13,926 nt of DNA from the NCBI GenBank assembly GCA_964590575.1, contig CAZPWM010000082.1:1-13926 (forward strand), given 5' to 3'. The notes beneath the pieces are model-generated. The model did no database searches, had not been told where the DNA came from, and saw only the letters and a list, made by a program, of their open reading frames with translations. The translations under genes and the position numbers were made by a program. Below, one piece after another: positions 7,264 to 13,926 of this stretch (positions are counted from its first letter, which is position 1; each line of letters begins with the position of its first letter). This DNA comes from an uncultured archaeon. Lineage in GTDB: Archaea > Asgardarchaeota > Thorarchaeia > Thorarchaeales > Thorarchaeaceae.

Positions 7264-8358
7264 ATGGTCGACATAAGAACTGAGTTCGCAGGACTCAAAC
7301 TCAAGAATCCGATCATGACTGCGGCAGGTCCAACCTCAAGAGATGGTATGACTCTACTGAACGCAACTGCAGGTGGTGTTGGAGGTCTTGTTGCAAAGAC
7401 CGTCAGTGTCAGACCTGCAGATGTTCCTCGACCGAATATGGCTGCACTCAAAGAGGGCAGGGTTGGGTCTCGAAGAGGCATTCTCAATGCAGAGCTCTGG
7501 AGTGAACTTCCTGTTGAGCAATGGCTTGAGAAAGAGTACGCCATAGCCCTCAGTTCTGGTCTCCCTTTAATCGCTAGCGTGGGATACACACCAGAGGAAG
7601 TCTCACAGCTCGGACCTAAACTTGAGAAAGCAGGGGTCCATGCCATTGAGTTCAGTACTCATTACGTGGGAGGACACACTGAGATTGCCAAGGCATTGAA
7701 AGAGGTCGTCGAGATTCCTATCTTTGCAAAAATCAGTCCAAAGGTTGATGTCGCTGCGGTGGCAAAGTCACTCGAACCCCATGTTGACGGTATCGTAGGT
7801 ATCAACACCTACGGTCCATGTTTGAGGATAGATATCGAAACCGGAAAACCAATGCTGGGAAGCAGTGATGGTTTCGGTTGGATGAGTGGAGTGTCCTTAA
7901 AGCCAATTGCACTGCGGTGCATCGCAGATATTGCTAGAGCTGTCAAGGTTCCAGTCATTGGAGTAGGTGGTGTGGCATCAGGAGAAGACGTCATAGAGTT
8001 CTCGATGGCGGGTGCTTCTGCAGTACAGGTGTGCACAGCAGCAATCCTAGAGGGAGATACAATCTACGGAAAGATAGCTGCTGAAACTTCCGAGTGGCTC
8101 AAGAGTCACGGATATGACTCACTGGAAGATATCAAGGGGATTGCCTTGCGGCACATGGATGGGAGTGCTACCTTGTCAACTCCACCAGAGGTTGACATGG
8201 AGAAGTGTACACTGTGCGGGCTCTGTCCAAAATCATGTGTTTATAGGGCGATAACTGTGGACAAGGAAAATGGCATCTTTGAGATCAACAAGGACCTCTG
8301 TGAAGCCTGTGGAATGTGTATCTCGGTATGCCCATATCATGCGTTGAGTGCAAGCTAA
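7264..8358 (+). CDS. Dihydroorotate/dihydropyrimidine dehydrogenase (PreA)-like FMN protein with C-terminal 2x[4Fe-4S] domain
   Basis: 364 aa. FMN-barrel motifs NPIMTAAGP, VAKT, AKISP, GINT, SG..LKPIAL and GVGG. C-terminal CTLCGLCPKSC and CEACGMCISVCP. The canonical SCP/GCP loop is replaced by EFSTHY. Confidence 0.85.
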   Translation: MVDIRTEFAGLKLKNPIMTAAGPTSRDGMTLLNATAGGVGGLVAKTVSVRPADVPRPNMAALKEGRVGSRRGILNAELWSELPVEQWLEKEYAIALSSGLPLIASVGYTPEEVSQLGPKLEKAGVHAIEFSTHYVGGHTEIAKALKEVVEIPIFAKISPKVDVAAVAKSLEPHVDGIVGINTYGPCLRIDIETGKPMLGSSDGFGWMSGVSLKPIALRCIADIARAVKVPVIGVGGVASGEDVIEFSMAGASAVQVCTAAILEGDTIYGKIAAETSEWLKSHGYDSLEDIKGIALRHMDGSATLSTPPEVDMEKCTLCGLCPKSCVYRAITVDKENGIFEINKDLCEACGMCISVCPYHALSAS

Positions 8359-9560
8359 ACCCACAAGATGGTGTCAAGATTCTTGGTCAGTAACTCAGCT
8401 GTTCCCTTTGTCACAGCGTAGTCATTCTCAATCCGAACCCCACCAATACCTTCCAAGTAAACACCGGGTTCGATAGCCATGACATGTCCAGCCGCGAAAT
8501 AGTCATCTCGCTTGTACATACTTGGTTGTTCATGCACCTCTAGTCCAATACCATGTCCGAGGCCATGGGTCATCCCATCCTTTGCATCTGGATTGAGCCG
8601 CTTGGAGTCAAAACCATGCTGATTTAGAGTGTTGAAACATGCAAGGTTTACATCATCAATTTTGGCACCTGCAGTAAGGGCATCCACTGATGCATCTGCC
8701 GCAGCTTGAACAGCTTCAAACATCTCTTTCACTCTCGCGGAGGGTTTCCCTTTGACAATAGTACGAGTGACATCTGCAACATACCGTTCCTGCTTAAGAC
8801 GGGGGTAGACATCAAGGATGATTGGGGTCTCTGCTTTTAGCTCATCCTCTGGATTACCAAGATAGTGCCAGTCAAACGCTTTTTCACCTACCGCAAGAAT
8901 GGTATCCTCAGCAGCCTCGGTATTCTGGTCCAGTAAGAAATGTTCGAGAGCTCGTTTTGCTTGTCCAACGGTTAGTGGAGAACCTTCATACATCAGAGTT
9001 TTATTTGCCCCTACATCTGAGTCCTTTATCATCTCGATAATTTTTGAAACCGCCCCAACAGTCGCTGCTCCGGCTTTCTTGATTGTCCTTATCTCGTTGG
9101 GGGTTTTTGTGGCTCTTGCGTCAGAAATCAGGTCACTGACAACTTTGGTTTCGTATCCCAATTTCTGAATCAAAACAAGTATACTTGCGGGTATCTCATC
9201 AGGGACACCAATTATCTCCCCAGTGAAGAGTTCCTTTATCATGGGACCAAACAGAGCTTCTCTGTGATCCATGACGGCCTTGTTCTCTTTTAGAAGCTGG
9301 ATAACTGTATCACTCATGTCAAAGGTCCTTTTGACAAAACTCTCCTTCTTCACGCGTTCCAGTGTTTTGAATGGAGTGCCAATGATACCTTGTTCACCTT
9401 TATTCTGAAGATAGTAGATACTGTCTCCTGAACGAAATCCGGTAAGCCATAGAAGATTTGGTGAGTTGAACGGACTACCATATGTGAATAATCCGTCAAT
9501 CTCATACTTCTCCATGAGGGCATCCATCTCATCTAGCATAATGTTCCCCTTGTTGAACAT
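8355..9560 (-). CDS. Xaa-Pro peptidase family (M24) protein
   Basis: Metal-ligand motifs IILD, ADVTRT, HGLGHGIGLEVHE, IEPGVY and GVRIEN, with an N-terminal creatinase-like domain. Start is 9560 or 9539. The stop overlaps the convergent gene's stop. Confidence 0.92.
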   Translation of the reverse strand: MFNKGNIMLDEMDALMEKYEIDGLFTYGSPFNSPNLLWLTGFRSGDSIYYLQNKGEQGIIGTPFKTLERVKKESFVKRTFDMSDTVIQLLKENKAVMDHREALFGPMIKELFTGEIIGVPDEIPASILVLIQKLGYETKVVSDLISDARATKTPNEIRTIKKAGAATVGAVSKIIEMIKDSDVGANKTLMYEGSPLTVGQAKRALEHFLLDQNTEAAEDTILAVGEKAFDWHYLGNPEDELKAETPIILDVYPRLKQERYVADVTRTIVKGKPSARVKEMFEAVQAAADASVDALTAGAKIDDVNLACFNTLNQHGFDSKRLNPDAKDGMTHGLGHGIGLEVHEQPSMYKRDDYFAAGHVMAIEPGVYLEGIGGVRIENDYAVTKGTAELLTKNLDTILWV

Positions 9561-9593
9561 GATAAGCGGGGAGCTGATGAAAAAAGCTTCTAT

Positions 9594-10490
9594 TCATGCC
9601 TGAAGATATGGACGCATTCGAGTCTCAATCATAACTCGATTGGGCATGTCATAAGGACCTATGGTTTCAACATTGAACGAAGAGCAAGTCGCGGCAAAGA
9701 GACCCGCACGTTTCACATCTGTGGATCGCATGTACTCTAGGAGAAAACCAATGGAGTATGTGTCTCCGCAGCCCGTTGTGTCAACCTGAGCATTTGCCAG
9801 GACTAGGGGGATGTCCACCTGCGTTTTACGCGTGTAGATTGTGGACCCTCTAAGGTCTCGTGTGACAATCACAATTCTTGGCCCAATATCTAGAATATGC
9901 GAAACTGCGGATAACTCTGATTCATCTGTGTTGATGGTCTTCAATTCAGAGTCATGTAGCTTGACAACATCGACCAATCCTAGTATCTTATCACTCTCAG
10001 GCCATTTCTTAGGAGTGACAAGACGGTCATCCGTTATCGACCGCAAGTAACCCTGTACATCCAGTGAAACTAATGCACCATGCTCACGTGCAATGTAATA
10101 GCAATCCTCATCGATATCATTACAAGTGAGAGGAGCGAAATGAATTATATTCGCTTGAGCGTGGTCATCAGTGAAGTCATATGGGCATATTTGTGGTGCA
10201 AGTGCTTCAACCCTCTGTGTACGTTCTCCACTTGCGTTATACTCATTGACAAAACGAGTTGTGTGGGCACCGTCATAATAGAGTCCTGTTAGGTTTAGTC
10301 CTGATGTAATCAGTATTGCTTTGTATGATTCGTCAAAGTCTAAACCTACTTTGGAAATGATGCCAGTGCCAAACGCACCAATTGCAGGAGCAAGCATTGC
10401 ATACGCTGCACCACCCCCGAGAGCCTCTCTTGTATATTCAGGCGTGATTATCAGGTCCCTACTCAGGTGTCCAACTACAAGAAGTTCCAT
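9594..10490 (-). CDS. PfkB/ribokinase-family sugar or nucleoside kinase
   Basis: 298 aa. N-terminal VVGHLSRD and GGGAAY, and C-terminal DTTGCGD (PfkB signature). Confidence 0.9.
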   Translation of the reverse strand: MELLVVGHLSRDLIITPEYTREALGGGAAYAMLAPAIGAFGTGIISKVGLDFDESYKAILITSGLNLTGLYYDGAHTTRFVNEYNASGERTQRVEALAPQICPYDFTDDHAQANIIHFAPLTCNDIDEDCYYIAREHGALVSLDVQGYLRSITDDRLVTPKKWPESDKILGLVDVVKLHDSELKTINTDESELSAVSHILDIGPRIVIVTRDLRGSTIYTRKTQVDIPLVLANAQVDTTGCGDTYSIGFLLEYMRSTDVKRAGLFAATCSSFNVETIGPYDMPNRVMIETRMRPYLQA

Positions 10491-10604
10491 TCTGATACCA
10501 TTGACACAGTCTACGAACCACTCCTATAACTTCTATGCTCAAGCGAGAACAGAAGGCAACGGTTTTAATCTCACACACCTTCTCAGTACCTTGGGTGTCT
10601 CATC

Positions 10605-10886
10605 TTGGCTCGAGTCTTGGTAAAATTCTTCGCCACTGTCAGAGAAGTTACGGGAGTCAAAAGTGTAGAACTTGAGGCGGAGAACATCAGAGAACTTCTT
10701 CAATCTCTGGTTCAGACTTATGGCAACAAGTTCAGAGAAACTGTCCTTGACACAGAGACTGATGAACTCAAGCAGTTCTTCTCATGCATGATTAATGGCA
10801 AGCGCATCGAGCTCCTAGACGGATATGAAACAGTTCTAAAAGACAATGATGCTGTGGCTATCTTTCCACCCGTTGGAGGGGGATGA
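10605..10886 (+). CDS. Ubiquitin-like small archaeal modifier / MoaD-family sulfur carrier
   Basis: 93 aa beta-grasp pattern (VKFFATVRE...NG...LKDNDAVAIFPPVGGG) ending in Gly-Gly. TTG start. Confidence 0.92.
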   Translation: MARVLVKFFATVREVTGVKSVELEAENIRELLQSLVQTYGNKFRETVLDTETDELKQFFSCMINGKRIELLDGYETVLKDNDAVAIFPPVGGG

Positions 10887-12293
10887 ATGAGCAGCACTCT
10901 CACATCAACCTTCAGAAAACAGACAAGAGGGCCCGTTGATCTTGTGGTGAAAAATGCTAAACTCCTCCTTGAGTCAGGAATAGCTTGGGGAGGAATAGGA
11001 GTCATAGACGGGATAATAGCTGTTATCGCAGGCGATGAACACCTTCCTGAAGCTGGTACAGTAATCAATGCTGAGGGCAAGATTCTGATGCCTGGTTTGA
11101 TTGATGCTCATGCGCACATCCATGACCCTACGATGTTGGAGCACGAAACCTTCACTACAGGCTCAAAATCAGCGGTTGCTGGTGGTGTTACTACTTTTGT
11201 TGATATGCCCCTAACAAATCAAGTTGACACAATCAAAGCTGTTGATGAGAAGATTGCTCAAGGAGAGGAGATGAGTGTCACTGACTTCACATTCTATGCA
11301 GGGATGATGAATTCGGAGAATCATGTGGCAATCCCAATGCTTGTGGATAAGGGTATAGCAGCGTTCAAGGCATTCACCTGTGAACCTTATCAGACAAACA
11401 ACGGAGTCATTGTGAAGTGCTTGAGTGCTATATCTGAAGTTGGAGGTCATCTCACCGTACACTCTGAGGATCAAGGGATTCTAGATGAGTTTCTTTTCGA
11501 GATGGATGATGATTGGGATGCGCCTATCAGTCATTCACTTTCGAGACCAAACATAGCAGAGCAACTAGCAATTCGCCAGAATATTGAGATAGCATCTCAA
11601 ACCGGAGGACATCTCCATATCGCGCATGTCACAACCAGAGAGGGTGTTCAAGAGGTGGAGAGGGGCAAGCTACGAGGAGTCATGGTGTCAACTGAAGTAT
11701 GCCCACACCACCTCATGTTCTATCGTGATGATATGAACCGTCTAGGTCCCAAGAGTAAAATGAATCCGCCTCTCAGAGCCCGAGAGGACAGAGCTGCACT
11801 CTGGTCAGCTTTACTTCGTGGTGCTATTGATACTGTTGTAAGTGATCATGCACCTTGTCCAATTGAGATGAAGGAATCAGGAGCTGAGGACATTCGTGAA
11901 GCATGGTCTGGTGTTGATGGCATTCAGATGATTCTCAGAGTCCTCCTGTCAGAAGGCATTAACAAAGCAAGAATGACATACTCGAAACTCCTGCGGATAT
12001 GCTCGCGAAATCCTGCGAGGATATTTGGTCTTTATCCCAAGAAGGGAGTACTTCGAATTGGGGCTGATGCAGATTTCGTGATAATTGACCCGAACAAGGA
12101 AGAGAAGATCACTGCGGATATAATGGAAACAAAGTGTGGATGGACACTCTATGAGGGAATGATGATGAAGGGAGTGCCTGTCATGACGTTTATCAGAGGC
12201 GCACAGGCTTTCAATGAGGGTAGCGTGACCTTAAAACCAGGTTATGGAAAATTCCAAGCAATGGGTAGTGGAAACAGACCTATTGGAGATTGA
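10887..12293 (+). CDS. Cyclic amidohydrolase, allantoinase/dihydropyrimidinase/dihydroorotase family (allantoinase-like)
   Basis: 468 aa. IDAHAH, GGVTT, DMPL, FKAF (carbamylated Lys), VHSE, HIAH, EVCPHHL, KMNPPLR, SDHAP, KKG.LRIGADADF. Confidence 0.88.
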   Translation: MSSTLTSTFRKQTRGPVDLVVKNAKLLLESGIAWGGIGVIDGIIAVIAGDEHLPEAGTVINAEGKILMPGLIDAHAHIHDPTMLEHETFTTGSKSAVAGGVTTFVDMPLTNQVDTIKAVDEKIAQGEEMSVTDFTFYAGMMNSENHVAIPMLVDKGIAAFKAFTCEPYQTNNGVIVKCLSAISEVGGHLTVHSEDQGILDEFLFEMDDDWDAPISHSLSRPNIAEQLAIRQNIEIASQTGGHLHIAHVTTREGVQEVERGKLRGVMVSTEVCPHHLMFYRDDMNRLGPKSKMNPPLRAREDRAALWSALLRGAIDTVVSDHAPCPIEMKESGAEDIREAWSGVDGIQMILRVLLSEGINKARMTYSKLLRICSRNPARIFGLYPKKGVLRIGADADFVIIDPNKEEKITADIMETKCGWTLYEGMMMKGVPVMTFIRGAQAFNEGSVTLKPGYGKFQAMGSGNRPIGD

Positions 12294-12296
12294 ACC

Positions 12297-12791
12297 TTGA
12301 CAGAACTCAAGTTTGTATTTGGTGATCCAAGAGTGTGTTCGGGATGTATGACATGCTCAAACACATGCAGCATGTTCTACTTCAAGGTGATCAGTCCCGC
12401 ACGTGCACGAAACAGAGTAGTGAGAGTTGAACCAGCCCTTGACTTTCCTCTCTTTTGTAGAAATTGTGAGGATGCTCCATGTATCGCAGCCTGTCCTGAA
12501 CAAGCACTTTCGCGCACGTCAAAAGGTATTGTGATCGTCAACAACAAGAAGTGTGTGGGTCATGGTGAGTGTGTCAAGGCATGTCCCTACTATGCAATCC
12601 GCATCCATCCAGACACTGGTAAGGCATTCAAGTGTATTCAGTGTGGTCAGTGCGTGGAACGTTGTCCAGCTGATGCAATATTCATGACGACTGAGAGTGA
12701 GCTCGCAGAGAAAGATAAGGATGGGAGCATGAGGGAGTTTTACGAGAAGCACAAGGATGAGCTCTATGACAAGGAGGAGGATTCTCAATGA
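12297..12791 (+). CDS. 4Fe-4S polyferredoxin electron-transfer subunit of WOR2
   Basis: 164 aa. CSGCMTCSNTC, CRNCEDAPCIAACP, CVGHGECVKACP and CIQCGQCVERCP. TTG start with GGAG upstream. ATGA overlap with the next gene. Confidence 0.9.
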   Translation: MTELKFVFGDPRVCSGCMTCSNTCSMFYFKVISPARARNRVVRVEPALDFPLFCRNCEDAPCIAACPEQALSRTSKGIVIVNNKKCVGHGECVKACPYYAIRIHPDTGKAFKCIQCGQCVERCPADAIFMTTESELAEKDKDGSMREFYEKHKDELYDKEEDSQ

Positions 12792-13926
12792 TACACGGAG
12801 TAGGAGGCCATATCCTCTGGGTGGACCTGACAAAGGGTTCCATTGAGAAACGACCCCTGGATGAAGAGATTATCAAGGACTACCTCCTTGGTGCAGGTTA
12901 TCTTTCAAGAACTCTCTTCGACCACATCCCAAAGGGAATCGATCCTCTCAGTGAGAAGAATGTCCTGGGAATGGCAACCGGACTTCTCACAGGGTCCATG
13001 TTTCCACAGGCCTCTAGGCATGTTATTGCAGGCTTATCCCCACTTACGGATGTCTGGGGTGAAAGTCACGCTGCGGGGTTCTGGGGAGCTGAACTGAAGT
13101 TTGCAGGTTACGATGCCATTGTCTTCACTGGGGCGTCGAAGAGTCCCGTCTATCTCAATATCAGGGATGAAGATGTTCAACTCATAGATGCTGAGGCTGC
13201 AGGATTATGGGGGAAGGATGTCTTTGAGACTGACGACATCCTCAAAGCAAAGCATGGAAAGAGAATAAGGACCCTGTCAATCGGACAAGCTGGTGAGAAC
13301 CTTGTTAGATTTGCAGCTATCATGAACGACAGAGACCGTGCCTCAGCCCGTTCTGGTTTAGGAGCTGTGATGGGCGCAAAGAGATTGAAGGCTGTCGCGG
13401 TGAGGGGCACAGGGAAGCTTGACGTTGCAGACCCTGAAAACTACCTGAAGCAGATTGACGTATTTCACAAACGGATGATGGCAAATCCATTCACACCGGG
13501 TCGTATCAAGTATGGTACAACGAGTCTTGTTGAACTGATGCAGCACATCGGTCGATTACCTAGCTACAACATGAGGCAGGGAGTCTTTGATGGTTTTGAG
13601 AAGATAAGCGGTGATGCCATCAACGCGAAGTACCTTGTGAAAGCAAGGGCAGACTTTTCGTGTCTGCAGCGCTGTGGTCGCTACACTGCTGTGAGAACAG
13701 GACCCTATGCCTTCGAGGGTGGGGCTCCAGAGTTCGAAACTCAGTCGTCCATGGGGTCACGCTGTGGAAATGATAACTTGGAATCAGTTCTTTTTGGACA
13801 CCATCTCGCAAATCAATACGGAATGGACACCATCTCACTGGGTGCTACAATATCGTGGGCGATGGAAGCTTGGGATGAGGGTCTTCTGACAACTGATGAC
13901 ACTGGAGGTATTGATCTCAAGTGGGG
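12788..13926 (+). CDS. aor: Second AOR/WOR-family tungstoenzyme (WOR2), truncated at window end
   Basis: Not in the ORF track. Manual translation from ATG 12788 (SD GGAGGAGG upstream): MIHGVGGHILWVDLTKG...DPLSEKN...SPLTDVWGESHAAGFWGAELKFAGYDAI...IGQAGENLVRFA...RSGLGAVMGAKRLKA...APEFET...GMDTISLG. The frame is open to the end of the window. Confidence 0.94.
   Translation, partial: MIHGVGGHILWVDLTKGSIEKRPLDEEIIKDYLLGAGYLSRTLFDHIPKGIDPLSEKNVLGMATGLLTGSMFPQASRHVIAGLSPLTDVWGESHAAGFWGAELKFAGYDAIVFTGASKSPVYLNIRDEDVQLIDAEAAGLWGKDVFETDDILKAKHGKRIRTLSIGQAGENLVRFAAIMNDRDRASARSGLGAVMGAKRLKAVAVRGTGKLDVADPENYLKQIDVFHKRMMANPFTPGRIKYGTTSLVELMQHIGRLPSYNMRQGVFDGFEKISGDAINAKYLVKARADFSCLQRCGRYTAVRTGPYAFEGGAPEFETQSSMGSRCGNDNLESVLFGHHLANQYGMDTISLGATISWAMEAWDEGLLTTDDTGGIDLKW

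Noticed and set aside
8355-8358. Overlapping stop codons of convergent genes (CTAA)
   Set aside because: A real overlap, but common in compact archaeal genomes.
7264-12293. Assigning pyrD/pyrC (pyrimidine biosynthesis) to the DHOD-like and amidohydrolase genes
   Set aside because: The DHOD-like protein lacks the catalytic loop and has a fused FeS domain. The hydrolase lacks the HxHxR and MPNT dihydroorotase signatures. No other pyr genes are present.
12843-13889. Short ORFs suggesting a fragmented (pseudo)gene at the right end
   Set aside because: Manual translation shows one uninterrupted AOR frame from 12788 to the window end. The track missed it only because there is no stop codon.

Overview
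Gene-dense (12 CDS, two truncated by the window edges), archaeal-looking metabolic region with TATA-like boxes, TTG starts and a SAMP/MoaD protein. An Asgard/Thorarchaeia-like origin is plausible but is only an inference. It carries two modules, each a polyferredoxin gene overlapping a tungsten aldehyde:ferredoxin oxidoreductase (AOR/WOR)-family gene. Around them are a nucleoside-deaminase-like amidohydrolase, a PreA/DHOD-like flavo-FeS protein with a non-canonical active-site loop, an allantoinase-like cyclic amidohydrolase, a PfkB kinase, an M24 peptidase, a CLC-CBS anion transporter and a soluble triple-PAS histidine kinase. The main leads are: (i) a ~270-nt highly structured leader upstream of the first WOR operon with Moco/Tuco-riboswitch-like features; (ii) a possible tungstoenzyme-linked nucleobase/N-heterocycle catabolic pathway; (iii) non-Cys Fe-S ligand substitutions in both subunits of the second WOR module. 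No rRNA, tRNA, CRISPR array or mobile element was recognised.
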